DNA of 63,290 bases, the filler included, from Clostridia bacterium (GTDB lineage Bacteria; CBDUZB01; JAGLHV01), in the NCBI GenBank assembly GCA_030637025.1. It is 4 parts of 4 records of this genome, joined end to end, with 100 filler letters (N's around TTAATTAATTAA, not from the genome) between each part and the next. Parts side by side here need not be neighbours in the genome. Positions count along the whole stretch, not along the records: positions 27,164 to 54,860 come from DAOVVV010000032.1; 3 more parts are not named here. One strand, given 5' to 3'. Shown piece after piece: positions 42,345 through 53,241 of the stretch (positions within the stretch are counted from its first letter, which is position 1; each line of letters opens with the position of its first letter). Below the pieces are notes generated by a model that made no database searches, was not told the DNA's origin, and saw only the letters and a program-made list of their open reading frames with translations. Position numbers and translations under genes: made by a program.

Positions 42345-43351
42345 TGATGGGAATTATCTCTCTAATTGTGTTGGTGTTTTTATTTTTAGGTGTTATTTTT
42401 TTTGCAGCGGGAGAAATAGGGCTTACGTCTTTAAATAAATGGACAATAAAAAAAATAATAGATGAAAAGGGGAAAGAGGCTTGTTCTTTAGAAGCTTGGA
42501 TAGAAAAGCCAAATCAATTGTTAACGACTATGCTGGTAGGCGGTAATTTAATGGTAATTGCTGTTTCAGCCTGGGCAGCAAATTTTGCTTTAAATCTTTC
42601 CTCTACTATGCACTGGAAAAAGCAATTAGTGCTTCCTGTTGTTACGATTATAACCTCTTTTTTTGTCTTGCTTTTTGGAGAAATAATACCTAAGGTTTTT
42701 ACTCGTTATAATGCGGAAAAGGTATCCTTTTTGCTTATCAAGCCTCTTCTTCTGATTGATAAAATTTTAAATCCGGTAGTTGGCCTTTTGGTAAAATTCA
42801 CGGATTTAATTGTTTATCTTTTTGGGGGCCGGATAATAAAACAAGGTAATTTATTGACGGAGAAAGAAATTCGTAATTTAATAGATATCAGTCAAAAAGA
42901 TGGCATTTTGGAAAAACAAGAAAAAGAAATGATTGAGGGCACTTTAGAATTTACAGACACAGTGGTAGGAGAGGTGATGATTCCTTTATCCGATATCGTG
43001 GCGATAGATAGTAGTAAATCTTCCGATGAAATAATTGATTTAGTAGTTGATATGGAATATTCTCGGGTCCCTATTTTTAAAGACAATGTAGCTAATATTA
43101 TCGGTATTCTTTATACCAGGGATTTATTATATACCACTAAAAACGAATCTCTTTTTGTTCTTCAGGATATTATGCGTAAGGTTTATTTTATAGAAGAAAA
43201 ACAAAAAATAGGTAAATTATTAAAAGAATTTAAAAAAGGCAATATCCATATAGCCATAGTAGTAGATAAAGATAAAAAGGCTTTAGGATTAGTAACTATC
43301 GAAGATTTAATCGAAGAAATATTCGGAGAAATTTTAGATGAATATGATTAG
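42341..43351 (+). CDS. CNNM/DUF21-CBS (hemolysin/CorC-like) membrane protein, copy 2
   Basis: FGEIIPK, YSRVPIF, TIEDLIEEIFGEILDEYD. Confidence 0.92.
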   Translation: MMMGIISLIVLVFLFLGVIFFAAGEIGLTSLNKWTIKKIIDEKGKEACSLEAWIEKPNQLLTTMLVGGNLMVIAVSAWAANFALNLSSTMHWKKQLVLPVVTIITSFFVLLFGEIIPKVFTRYNAEKVSFLLIKPLLLIDKILNPVVGLLVKFTDLIVYLFGGRIIKQGNLLTEKEIRNLIDISQKDGILEKQEKEMIEGTLEFTDTVVGEVMIPLSDIVAIDSSKSSDEIIDLVVDMEYSRVPIFKDNVANIIGILYTRDLLYTTKNESLFVLQDIMRKVYFIEEKQKIGKLLKEFKKGNIHIAIVVDKDKKALGLVTIEDLIEEIFGEILDEYD

Positions 43352-43450
43352 TAAACTTTTTTTCTGCCCGGAGTGAGTAAACAGGTAAATACCAACGACG
43401 GCAATGGTAAATCAGCATAAATGTTTTTTATAAAAAGAAGGTATTTTTAA

Positions 43451-44245
43451 GTGTATATAAACACAGAGGCTTTTGTTTTAAAACACTATGACTTAAAAGA
43501 ATCAGATAAAATTATAACTTTATATACCAGGGATTTAGGTAAAATTCAGGCGGTAGTAAAAGGAATAAGAAAGGCAAAAAGCAAATTAGCCGTCACCATG
43601 GAACCTTTTACGTATATTGATTTAACTCTTTATCGTAAATCTCAAAATAAATTGTTTACTATTACCAATGGTAATATTAAATATTCCTTATATAAGATAA
43701 AAGAAGATTTTTTGCGGATAGTTTATGGGGATTATTTGTTGGAGTTGGTAGATAAATTAACAGAGACAGAGGAAAAAAATCGTGCACTTTTTAACCTGAT
43801 AAAAGATTTTCTTTTTTTAATGGAATATAAAAGTGTGGAACTTATTCTGTGGTGTTTTAAAATAAGATTTTTAAGTTTAATCGGTTATCAACTTTGTTTA
43901 GATATTTGCTCTCTTTGTGGAAAAAAAGTTCAGCCTTTTAAAAAAGGAATGGATTGGAAAATAGGATTTAGTCCCAAAGAAGGGGGGGTTCTTTGTTATC
44001 AGTGCAGAGGTATTTGCAATTACAAAGAGGATATTTCTCCGGGAGTAATAGAAGTGTTTAAAAAACTTTTAAAAATAAATTTAGATAAAATAGATTATTT
44101 GAAGTTTTCAGGTAAAATGCGTGAAGAAGTAAGACATAGTTTACAATATTTTTTGGCATATCATTTATCCGGGGAGTTGAAAACACAACAATTCATTGAA
44201 AAAATTTCCCGCTATAAAGTATATGGTCAAGGGGTAAGAATATAA
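43451..44245 (+). CDS. recO: DNA repair protein RecO
   Basis: ESDKIITLYTRDLGKI, KGIRKAKS, CxxC...GGVLCxxC zinc motif; upstream of glyQ. Confidence 0.95.
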   Translation: MYINTEAFVLKHYDLKESDKIITLYTRDLGKIQAVVKGIRKAKSKLAVTMEPFTYIDLTLYRKSQNKLFTITNGNIKYSLYKIKEDFLRIVYGDYLLELVDKLTETEEKNRALFNLIKDFLFLMEYKSVELILWCFKIRFLSLIGYQLCLDICSLCGKKVQPFKKGMDWKIGFSPKEGGVLCYQCRGICNYKEDISPGVIEVFKKLLKINLDKIDYLKFSGKMREEVRHSLQYFLAYHLSGELKTQQFIEKISRYKVYGQGVRI

Positions 44246-44407
44246 TGGATAAAAAAAGTTATATAAATGGAGCATAGTTAGAAAAAATAATAATTTGGCA
44301 ATATTTCTTTATAATTGAGAATATAAAATTAGAAATTATGAACAAAAGAGATGTTATTAAGATTATTGGCTAATAATAAAATGAAAAAGAAGGAGAATGG
44401 ATTTAAA

Positions 44408-45277
44408 ATGACTTTTCAAGAAATTATTTTTGTACTGGAGAAATTTTGGGCAAAAGAAGGATGTGTTGTTTTTCAACCTTATGATATAGAAAAAGGTGCC
44501 GGAACTTTTAATCCGGCTACTTTTCTTAAATGTTTGGGACCTAAACCGTGGGCAGCATGTTATGTAGAGCCTTCCCGCCGTCCTGCAGATGGAAGATACG
44601 GAGAAAATCCTAATCGTCTTCAGCAATATTATCAGTATCAGGTCATTGTAAAACCGCCTACTTCAAATATTCAAGAACTTTATTTAAGAAGTTTAAAAAA
44701 ATTGGGTTTAGATTCTCATCGTCATGATATCCGTTTTGTTGAAGATAATTGGGAATCACCCACCCTGGGTGCCTGGGGTTTGGGTTGGGAGGTACAGTTA
44801 GATGGGATGGAAATTACTCAATTTACCTATTTTCAACAAATAGGAGGTATAGATTTGAATCCCATAAGTTGTGAAATTACTTATGGATTAGAGCGGATAG
44901 CTATGTATTTACAGAGACAGGATAACGTATTTGAATTGTTATGGTCGGATAAAGTTAAATATGGAGAGATACAATTATTAAATGAAATTCAGTTTTCTAA
45001 GTATAATTTTCAGGAAGCAAATTTAGAAATGTTATTTACTCTTTTTCAAATTTACGAACAAGAAGGCCGGAGATTATTACAAAAAGATCTGGTTTTACCG
45101 GCTTATGATTTTGTTATGAAATGTTCACATATATTTAATTTATTAGATGCTCGAGGAGCACTGAGTGTGACTGAGCGAATTAGCTTTATTGGCCGAATAA
45201 GAAATTTAGCCTGCCAGTCAGCTCGATTATACCTTAAAACTATAGAACTTGAAAGGGAAAAAGATGGAAAAAAGTAA
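44408..45277 (+). CDS. glyQ: Glycine--tRNA ligase alpha subunit
   Basis: [53 protein letters not shown]. Confidence 0.98.
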   Translation: MTFQEIIFVLEKFWAKEGCVVFQPYDIEKGAGTFNPATFLKCLGPKPWAACYVEPSRRPADGRYGENPNRLQQYYQYQVIVKPPTSNIQELYLRSLKKLGLDSHRHDIRFVEDNWESPTLGAWGLGWEVQLDGMEITQFTYFQQIGGIDLNPISCEITYGLERIAMYLQRQDNVFELLWSDKVKYGEIQLLNEIQFSKYNFQEANLEMLFTLFQIYEQEGRRLLQKDLVLPAYDFVMKCSHIFNLLDARGALSVTERISFIGRIRNLACQSARLYLKTIELEREKDGKK

Positions 45278-47420
45278 GGACTTTTTATTAGAAATAGGAA
45301 CAGAAGAGTTTCCGGCGACGTACATAAAACCAGCATTATCAGAAATGCAAAAACTTATGGAAGAAAAGCTTAAAGAAAGAGGAATTGATTATTCTAAATT
45401 GGTTGTTTATGCTACTCCCAGAAGGTTAGTACTTATAATCGAGGAGATAAATTGTAAAGGGAAAGAGGGGTTGTTAGAAATAAACGGGCCTCCTAAGAAG
45501 AGGGCTTTTGATCAAGACAATGTACCAACAGGAGTGGCTATTGGTTTTGCTAAAAAGTATGGGGTAGGGATTGAGGATTTGTTGGTTAAAAAGACCCAAA
45601 AAGGAGAATATATTTGTATAAAAAAGAAACAACCACCGGAAGATACAAAAAAAGCATTAGCAGAAATTGTTCCCCAAATTATTACTTCGTTAAATTTCCC
45701 TAGAACTATGCGATGGATAACCGGGAGTGATTTCCATTTTGCCCGCCCGATTAGATTGTTATTATGCCTTTATGGAAACAAAACAGTTAAATTTACTTTT
45801 CAAAATATAAAGTCAGGTAATTATACTTATGGGCTTTATGCTTTATCCCGGCAGAAAGTAGTTATTCCTCTTGTCGGAAAATATAAAGAGATTTTGCGAA
45901 ATAATTGTGTTATTGTGGATATGGAAGAAAGAAAAAAAATAATTAATAAAGCAATTGCCCAGGTTGTTAGAAAAACCGGAGGGACGATACTGGAAGATAA
46001 TAAGCTGGTAGAAGAAATAAATTTTCTTCTGGAATACCCTACTGCAATTTTGGGAAAGTTTCCGGAAAAATATTTAGATTTACCTAAAGAAGTTCTGATT
46101 ACTTGTATGCGGCATCATCAAAAATATTTTTGCATAGTGGATAAAGAAGAAAAGCTTCTTCCTTTTTTTGTTGCTTTGCGCAATGGAACTTCGGAATATT
46201 TAGAAGTATTGAGAGAAGGATTGGAAAAAGTATTAGTGGCGCGTCTTCAGGATGCAGAATTTTATTTTAAGCAAGATACCAAAACCCCTCTGGTAAAAAA
46301 AGTAGAAAAACTTAAAAAAGTTGTATATCATCAACAACTGGGTAGTTTGTATAATAAGGTCGAAAGAGTTATAAAAATTTCCGAATTTATTGCCCGGGAG
46401 GTGGAAGGGCTAAATTTTAACCTATCCACGGTAAAGCGTATTGCCCTTTTGTCTAAAGCGGATTTAGTTACTGAAATGGTGAAAGAATTTCCTGAGTTAG
46501 AGGGAGTGATGGGAGAAATATATGCTCTTCATTGTGGGGAAGAAGAGATTGTATCTAAAGGAATAAGAGAACATTATTTACCACAATCACTGGAAAGCGT
46601 GTTGCCCAAAACAGTAGAATCTTTAATAGTAAGTATTGCTGATAAAATGGATACAATTGCCGGTAATTTTTGTGTCGGGTTGATTCCTTCCGGTTCAGGA
46701 GACCCTTACGCTTTAAAAAAATGTGCCCAGGGAATTATCAGGATTATGATTGATAAAGGATGGCGTTTATCTTTAGGAAAATTGGTAAATTCATCGGTAG
46801 GGCTTTTTAATTTAGAAGAAGAAAAACAAAAGTTGCTAAAGCAGCAAATATTGCAGTTTTTTTATCAAAGAATGGAAAATACTTTTACCTCTTTCCAGCT
46901 TAGTTACGATGAAATAGATGCTGTTTTAAGTGTGAAATTTGTAGATATAGCAGATAGTTTTAAGCGGGTTTGTACCCTTCATCGTTTTCGGCATTTGCCG
47001 GATTTTATACAATTAATTACTTTATTTAAAAGAGCATACAACATTGTTAAACAAGCAGAAAGGGAAGGAAGAGTAAAGAAAGATGATGGATGTTCCCGTG
47101 AGTTTGTTATAGCGGAGGTAAATATAGAATTACTGCAAGAACCTGCAGAAAAGGAACTCTGGGAAATTTTTAACCGGAAAGTAAAAGGACAAACAGAAAA
47201 ATTATTAAAAGAAAGTAAATATGAAGAGGGGTTAAAAGTATTATTAAGTTTACAGGAATATATAAATAATTTTTTCGACTCAGTAAAGATAATGGCGGAA
47301 AAGGAAGATTTACGAAATAATCGGTTGACTTTATTAAGAAATATTGTAGAATTATTCTTAAGAATTGCTGATTTTTCAAAAATAGTGATTGAAGGTAAAA
47401 AAGAGTTTAAAAATAATTAA
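45264..47420 (+). CDS. glyS: Glycine--tRNA ligase beta subunit
   Basis: [53 protein letters not shown]. Confidence 0.97.
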   Translation: MEKSKDFLLEIGTEEFPATYIKPALSEMQKLMEEKLKERGIDYSKLVVYATPRRLVLIIEEINCKGKEGLLEINGPPKKRAFDQDNVPTGVAIGFAKKYGVGIEDLLVKKTQKGEYICIKKKQPPEDTKKALAEIVPQIITSLNFPRTMRWITGSDFHFARPIRLLLCLYGNKTVKFTFQNIKSGNYTYGLYALSRQKVVIPLVGKYKEILRNNCVIVDMEERKKIINKAIAQVVRKTGGTILEDNKLVEEINFLLEYPTAILGKFPEKYLDLPKEVLITCMRHHQKYFCIVDKEEKLLPFFVALRNGTSEYLEVLREGLEKVLVARLQDAEFYFKQDTKTPLVKKVEKLKKVVYHQQLGSLYNKVERVIKISEFIAREVEGLNFNLSTVKRIALLSKADLVTEMVKEFPELEGVMGEIYALHCGEEEIVSKGIREHYLPQSLESVLPKTVESLIVSIADKMDTIAGNFCVGLIPSGSGDPYALKKCAQGIIRIMIDKGWRLSLGKLVNSSVGLFNLEEEKQKLLKQQILQFFYQRMENTFTSFQLSYDEIDAVLSVKFVDIADSFKRVCTLHRFRHLPDFIQLITLFKRAYNIVKQAEREGRVKKDDGCSREFVIAEVNIELLQEPAEKELWEIFNRKVKGQTEKLLKESKYEEGLKVLLSLQEYINNFFDSVKIMAEKEDLRNNRLTLLRNIVELFLRIADFSKIVIEGKKEFKNN

Positions 47421-47447
47421 TATGAAAATAAAAAATGGAGGTAATAA

Positions 47448-48761
47448 GTGAAAGGAGAAAAAATGAATATTTTTGATAAATGTGACAAGTTTACAGTTGC
47501 GAAAGATGTAATGGCTACAGGATGTTATCCTTATTTCCGTCGGGTTGAATCAGGACAGGATCCGGAAGTCATTATTGAAGGGAAAAAAGTAATAATGATG
47601 GGGTCGAATAACTATCTTGGGTTAACTTCTTATTGGCGGTTAAAAGCATCATCTATTCGGGCAACCCAGAAGTATGGGGTGGGTTGTGTTGGTTCCCGGT
47701 TTTTGAATGGGACCCTGGATATTCATGAAGAATTGGAAAAAAAATTAGCTACATTTGTAAGAAAAGAAAAAGCGATACTTTTTTCTACAGGAATGCAAGC
47801 AAATTTAGGTGCTCTTTCTTCGTTAGTTGGAAAGAATGATACAGTAATTACGGATAAATATGACCATGCCAGTATTATTGATGGCTGCCGGCTTTCTTTT
47901 GGACAGATGAAAAGATTCAAACATAATGATATGCAGGATTTGGAGAGGGTTTTAATTCCTTTAAAAGATATGACAAAGTTGATTGTTGTTGATGGTATTT
48001 TTAGTATGGAAGGGGATATTGTTAATCTTCCTGAAATTGTAAGATTAGCTAAGAAATATAATGCTCAGGTTATGGTAGATGATGCTCATTCCTTAGGGGT
48101 TTTGGGAAAACAGGGAAGAGGGACTTGTGAATATTTTGGACTGACTGACGAAGTGGATATTATTATGGGAACATTCTCCAAGGCTTTTGCTTCTGTAGGG
48201 GGATTTATTGCTGCCAATGACTCAATAGTTCATTATATTAAACATAATGCGCGAGCCTTAATTTTTAGCGCCAGCCTTCCTCCCAGTAATGTGGCTTCGG
48301 TGATGGCAGCTTTGGAAGTAATTAAAAAAGATAATTACCGAATTAAACGTTTGTGGCGTAACACACACAAAATGATGAAAGGGTTTAAAAATTTAGGGTT
48401 TGATACCGGAACGAGTGATACTCCTATTATTCCCATTGTTGTTGGTGATGATTTTAAAGCTTTTCAAATGTGGCGCATGCTTTTTGATCTGGGAATCTTT
48501 ACTACCCCGATAGTTTCTCCGGCTGTCCCTCCGGGAAGAGCTCTTATTCGGGTAAGCAATATGGCTACACATACGGATAAACAGTTAGATAAAGTATTAA
48601 AAATTTTTGGAGAAGTAGGAAGAGAGCTGGGTATTATTCCGTCCGTTAACAAAAAGGGAACCTGTTCCTCCGTAAACAAAAAAAGGTTTCGTTTCTGGGA
48701 AAAAATAAATAGGAATATGATAAAAAAATGGATGAAAAGATTGTGGAATATTAAATCTTAA
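47448..48761 (+). CDS. PLP-dependent alpha-oxoamine synthase, serine-palmitoyltransferase-like
   Basis: YPYFR, GSNNYLGL, GSRFLNGT, DHASIIDG, SMEGD, DDAH, GTFSK. Confidence 0.85.
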   Translation: MKGEKMNIFDKCDKFTVAKDVMATGCYPYFRRVESGQDPEVIIEGKKVIMMGSNNYLGLTSYWRLKASSIRATQKYGVGCVGSRFLNGTLDIHEELEKKLATFVRKEKAILFSTGMQANLGALSSLVGKNDTVITDKYDHASIIDGCRLSFGQMKRFKHNDMQDLERVLIPLKDMTKLIVVDGIFSMEGDIVNLPEIVRLAKKYNAQVMVDDAHSLGVLGKQGRGTCEYFGLTDEVDIIMGTFSKAFASVGGFIAANDSIVHYIKHNARALIFSASLPPSNVASVMAALEVIKKDNYRIKRLWRNTHKMMKGFKNLGFDTGTSDTPIIPIVVGDDFKAFQMWRMLFDLGIFTTPIVSPAVPPGRALIRVSNMATHTDKQLDKVLKIFGEVGRELGIIPSVNKKGTCSSVNKKRFRFWEKINRNMIKKWMKRLWNIKS

Positions 48762-48891
48762 TGCTAAAAAAGTAAGTAATAAAAATCTTTTACAAACCTT
48801 GATTATGTAAAATTTTACAAAAAGAATTGACAAATGAATAAAAAGTGATATTTTATATAGATAAGGAAAAAATCAAAAGGAGGGTAAAAGG

Positions 48892-51012
48892 ATGGATGAA
48901 GATGTAAGAGGGCATGAAGAAGAAATGAACGAAGAAGAGCAGGGGGCAGAAGTAGATGAAAAAACCTGTTTGGAAAGCAGTCCCAAAATAACAGTTAAAA
49001 AAGATACGGAAACAATATTAGAATATGAAATACTGAAAGATTTGGTAATTATTGGCCGGAGAGCAGGGAATGATATAGTCCTTGATAATCGCAAAGTATC
49101 CCGTAAACATGCTCAGATAAAAAGAGAAGGAGATAATTTTATTATAGAAGACTTACAGAGTACAGGCGGTACAGAGATTAATGGAGAAAAAATAACGTCA
49201 CGACAAATATTTACCGGGGAGATCATTAAAATAGGAGACTTTGAATTGCACTTTAATTCGGGTATAGAAGGGGAAGAAAAAACAGTTTTTGAGGAAGATG
49301 ATAAAACAATATTTGATGACGATAAAACGGTTTTCTATGAAGAAACGGTAGCTAAATTAATTGTTGAACGTTCGGTAAATCTTCAGGGGGAAATTAGTAT
49401 AGAAGGGGAAGCTGTAATCGGACGGGGGGAAGAAGCTACTATTCAATTAGAGGACCAGCGTGCTTCCAGGGAACATTGTAAAATTGCGTTAGTAGATAGT
49501 AATTTCGTTATTACAGATTTAGAAAGTAGTAATGGTACTTATGTTAACGGGGAAAAGATAACTGAAAAATCCCTGGAAAATGGAGACAAAATTCAAATTG
49601 GTGATGCTGTTTTTGAATTTCAAATGGAAAAAGGCGTTAAAGGCGGAGCTAAAAAATTTATTGGAAAGCAACTGGTTAAAAAGGTAGGTTTAGTGGCATT
49701 AGGTGTATTTGTTTTTGTTGTGGTTTTTCAATTGGCCAATAGGGAAAAGCCGCATTCCGTAGTTCTTAGCCAAATATGGGAAAAACAAATCAAAGGGGAA
49801 ATTCGGACCTCTCCTGCTATCGGAGATTTAAATAATGATACTTTTAACGATATTGTAGTGGGGGATACCGAAGGATTTATTTATGCCCTGGATGGCCGTA
49901 CAGGAGGTAGTATCTGGAATAAACCGTATACTGCCGGACGGCCTATTCTTTCTTCTCCTGTATTGGGTAATATTAATCATGAAGGTGGTAATTTAGATGT
50001 TATTGTTGGGGCAGAAAGGAAACGAATGCTTTCTGTAAAGGACCGGATGGATAGTTCCCTAACAGGAAAAATATACGCTATTGATGGAGAAAAAGGGGAT
50101 ATGATTTGGGAAAGCAGTGTAGTTAAAGGGGGAATTGTTTCATCTCCGGCATTGGTAGATTTAAATACAGATAAAGTCCTGGATGTAGTTGTGGGGTCTA
50201 AGGATAGATTTGTTTATGCTCTGGATGGGAAACAGGGAGGAGAAGTCTGGAATTTTGAAACTAAAGGGGGAATAAGTGCCACCCCTTCTTTGACCGATAT
50301 TGACAATGATGGGATTCTTGATGTAATTATTGGTTCTCAGGATAATATTTATGCTTTATCAGGTGCAAACGGGAAAAAATTATGGCTTTTTCATCACCTG
50401 GGAAATCCATCCTCGGCTGCTATAGGAAAATTTGATGATGATGAGATTGAAGATGTAGTTGTTGCTTTTGCCGGAGAAATAGTAGTGCTTAACGGAAAAA
50501 CCGGTGCGATTATTTGGGAGTGGAAAAGTCCTGTGTTATTAACAGAAGAAACATTATTGCCCATTGCTCCGGTTTTAGGCGACCTTAATAATGATGGCGT
50601 TTTAGATGTTGTCTGTGGTTCGGATAAGGGGCACGTTTATGCTGTAAATGGGGTAACCGAAGGGGAAAAATATCTCTGGGATTTTAATATGGGAGAAGAA
50701 ATTCCGTCTTCTGCTGCACTTTTTGATTTTAACGGTGACAAAAGTCTTGATGTAGCTGTTATTTCTCAGACAGGCGTTATTTATTTAATTAGCGGAAAAG
50801 ACGGACATTTGTTAGTTCAATTTGATATTAATGCGCCGGTGATAAGTTCTCTGGTTATTGCTGATGTCAATGCTAATAAGATAGCCGATTTAGTAATTGG
50901 AACGCTGGACGGTAAAATTATAGTTGTAGAATCAAATGCAAAATGTAAAGAGAAAGAAATTATCTGGGGTGTTTTAGGGGGAAATGAATTACATACTTCA
51001 CTGAAGAAGTAA
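48892..51012 (+). CDS. Membrane protein with two FHA domains and extracytoplasmic FG-GAP/PQQ-like beta-propeller
   Basis: Two FHA signatures (IGR..VSRKHA..DLQSTGGT; IGR..ASREH..DLESSNGT), one TM, repeated SSPA(I/L)xDLNxD..DVVVG..YALDG units. Confidence 0.9.
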   Translation: MDEDVRGHEEEMNEEEQGAEVDEKTCLESSPKITVKKDTETILEYEILKDLVIIGRRAGNDIVLDNRKVSRKHAQIKREGDNFIIEDLQSTGGTEINGEKITSRQIFTGEIIKIGDFELHFNSGIEGEEKTVFEEDDKTIFDDDKTVFYEETVAKLIVERSVNLQGEISIEGEAVIGRGEEATIQLEDQRASREHCKIALVDSNFVITDLESSNGTYVNGEKITEKSLENGDKIQIGDAVFEFQMEKGVKGGAKKFIGKQLVKKVGLVALGVFVFVVVFQLANREKPHSVVLSQIWEKQIKGEIRTSPAIGDLNNDTFNDIVVGDTEGFIYALDGRTGGSIWNKPYTAGRPILSSPVLGNINHEGGNLDVIVGAERKRMLSVKDRMDSSLTGKIYAIDGEKGDMIWESSVVKGGIVSSPALVDLNTDKVLDVVVGSKDRFVYALDGKQGGEVWNFETKGGISATPSLTDIDNDGILDVIIGSQDNIYALSGANGKKLWLFHHLGNPSSAAIGKFDDDEIEDVVVAFAGEIVVLNGKTGAIIWEWKSPVLLTEETLLPIAPVLGDLNNDGVLDVVCGSDKGHVYAVNGVTEGEKYLWDFNMGEEIPSSAALFDFNGDKSLDVAVISQTGVIYLISGKDGHLLVQFDINAPVISSLVIADVNANKIADLVIGTLDGKIIVVESNAKCKEKEIIWGVLGGNELHTSLKK

Positions 51013-51079
51013 ATAAGAGTAAAAGGCAAAAAATAATTCCCTGATTTTTATTATCACTTAAAAAGGAAAAACAAACAAA

Positions 51080-51853
51080 ATGAAAATTTCTGCTTTTAGT
51101 ATTACTGATTTAGGAAGAAGACGTTCCTTAAATGAGGATTTTTGTATTTGCGACAATGAGAGACAAATATATTTGGTTGCTGATGGAATGGGAGGAAGGG
51201 AAGGGGGAGAAGTGGCAAGTAGAATGGCGGGAGAAACTTTTCTGGCAAAAATTTCTCCCTTTTTGGAGGATGAAGATGTGACTTTCCCTTTTGAAATAAA
51301 AGAAGAAAGGGATTTTTTTTCTGCAATTATTAAATATGCTATGGAAGAGGCTAATACTGCAGTGTATCAGCATAGTTTAAATGAAACTTCAAAAAAAGGA
51401 ATGGGAACGACTTTTACAGCAGCGATTCTTTATGACGGAAATCTTTATGTGGGCCATATTGGGGACTCAAGATTATATAGAATTCGCCAGAGGAATATTG
51501 CTCAACTCTCAGAGGATCATACGTTAGTACAACAAATGATAAAAGAAGGGCGTCTTGATGCTAAAGGAGCCCGAAATCATCAAAAAAAAAATGTAATTAC
51601 CCGTTCCCTGGGACCAAAAAAGAAAATTAAACCCGATATTTTTTGTGAACGAATTATTCCCGGGGATATTTATTTGCTTTGTAGTGATGGTTTGTACCAG
51701 ATGTTAGAAGATGAAGAATTATTCGGGGAACTTCTTTCTCTTGGAGAGAAGGATTTAGAAACTGTAGGTAAAAATCTTATTTTTATGGCTAATGAAAATG
51801 GAGGTAAGGATAATATCACTTTACTTCTTTTTAGAGTAGAGGAAGAAAATTAA
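51080..51853 (+). CDS. PP2C-family Ser/Thr phosphatase (Stp1/PrpC-like)
   Basis: NED, VADGMGG, MGTT, HIGDSRLY, CSDGL, GGKDNIT. Confidence 0.96.
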   Translation: MKISAFSITDLGRRRSLNEDFCICDNERQIYLVADGMGGREGGEVASRMAGETFLAKISPFLEDEDVTFPFEIKEERDFFSAIIKYAMEEANTAVYQHSLNETSKKGMGTTFTAAILYDGNLYVGHIGDSRLYRIRQRNIAQLSEDHTLVQQMIKEGRLDAKGARNHQKKNVITRSLGPKKKIKPDIFCERIIPGDIYLLCSDGLYQMLEDEELFGELLSLGEKDLETVGKNLIFMANENGGKDNITLLLFRVEEEN

Positions 51854-51859
51854 TATAAA

Positions 51860-53014
51860 ATGCTTAAGGAATTAGGAAAATATAAAATAATTAAACAACT
51901 TAGTACAGGAAGCGCAGCTAATATTTATTTAGCAGTGCAAAAGAATCTGGAAAGACAGGTTGTTATTAAACAGTTAATGCGGGAATTTTCTCTGCATAAA
52001 AAACTGGTTGCCCGCTTTGAACAAGAAGCAAAGATAATTTCTTCCCTGCGGTATGATTCTATTATTCATATTTACGATTACTGGAAAAAAGGTAATTCTT
52101 ACTATATTGTGATGGAATACGTTTCCGGTAAGACCCTTAAAGAAATCCTCTTTCATTCTTCCTCCTTTCCTTTACCGGAAGGGTTAATCCTTTTCTACGA
52201 AATTATTAAAGCTCTGGAATATGCTCATAATCAGGGAGTTGTTCACCGTGATTTAAAACCGGCTAATATTATGATTTCTGAAGAGGGAAGGTTGAAAATT
52301 TTAGACTTTGGTATTGCTCATGTTGTGGAAAAAAATATGACGAACATGGGTGTAATTATCGGAACTTATTCTTATATGTCTCCGGAACAGGCGGTGGGGA
52401 ATAAAATAGATCACCGTTCGGATATTTTTTCTTTAGGGATAGTAATGTATGAACTTTTAAGCGGGAAAAAGCCTTTTAAAAAAGATGAACAGGGAGAAGT
52501 GACTGAGAAAATAATTAACCAAAAACCCCTTTCCGTAAGGAAAATTAATTCCCAAATTCCCTGGGGGGTAGGGAGAATTATAAAAAAATGTTTGAGAAAG
52601 AAACCGAATAAACGATTTCAGAATATGGGGCAAATTAAAAAAAAGTTAGAAAAATATATTCGTAAATTACCCCTGGACCATCAGTCAGTGCTAAAGAAAT
52701 TTGTAGAAGATTCAACCCCATTACCTGACCAAAAGACCATTTTAATGGAGAAAATAGAAAAGAAAGAAAAAAAAGAGAAAAAAACAAAGAAGAAAAAAAG
52801 TAAAATAAAAGAAAAAATAGCAAAGCTTAAAGCTTTTTTCCAAATAAAAAATAAACCGCGTTTAAAATTTTTCATAATAACATTATTATTATTTATTCTC
52901 TTTGTCGAGGTAGAATTTATCTTTAACTATTTTAATATTACCTTTAAGATACAAAAAGAATGGGTAATATCTTTAGGTAAATGGATTTTTTCCATTATGA
53001 AAAAAATTTCCTAA
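51860..53014 (+). CDS. Hanks-type Ser/Thr protein kinase with C-terminal TM
   Basis: VVIK, HRDLKPANI, DFG, YMSPEQ, SDIFSLG; Lys-rich linker then hydrophobic helix. Confidence 0.96.
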   Translation: MLKELGKYKIIKQLSTGSAANIYLAVQKNLERQVVIKQLMREFSLHKKLVARFEQEAKIISSLRYDSIIHIYDYWKKGNSYYIVMEYVSGKTLKEILFHSSSFPLPEGLILFYEIIKALEYAHNQGVVHRDLKPANIMISEEGRLKILDFGIAHVVEKNMTNMGVIIGTYSYMSPEQAVGNKIDHRSDIFSLGIVMYELLSGKKPFKKDEQGEVTEKIINQKPLSVRKINSQIPWGVGRIIKKCLRKKPNKRFQNMGQIKKKLEKYIRKLPLDHQSVLKKFVEDSTPLPDQKTILMEKIEKKEKKEKKTKKKKSKIKEKIAKLKAFFQIKNKPRLKFFIITLLLFILFVEVEFIFNYFNITFKIQKEWVISLGKWIFSIMKKIS

Positions 53015-53241
53015 AGCACTTCTCGTATTGCGATCCGGTACCCCCGGAAAAGTTTAATATAAATGAGTCTATATAAATATTGAAAAAAAAGTTTAAATAG
53101 GTTTGCTTAATGAAGCAAAATATATTTTTTTCTGGAGGCGTAATTTTAATTAGGATATTTTGCTTTTATTTTGTTGATTTTTTGGTAGAGGTAAGAAGAG
53201 AGGGCAGGATAAAAATAAAACAGATAGGGTAATTATTTCAG

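Noticed and set aside
51860-51950. Pseudokinase because of the atypical Gly-rich loop (LSTGSAA)
   Set aside because: Catalytic Lys, HRDLKPAN, DFG and SPE are all intact.
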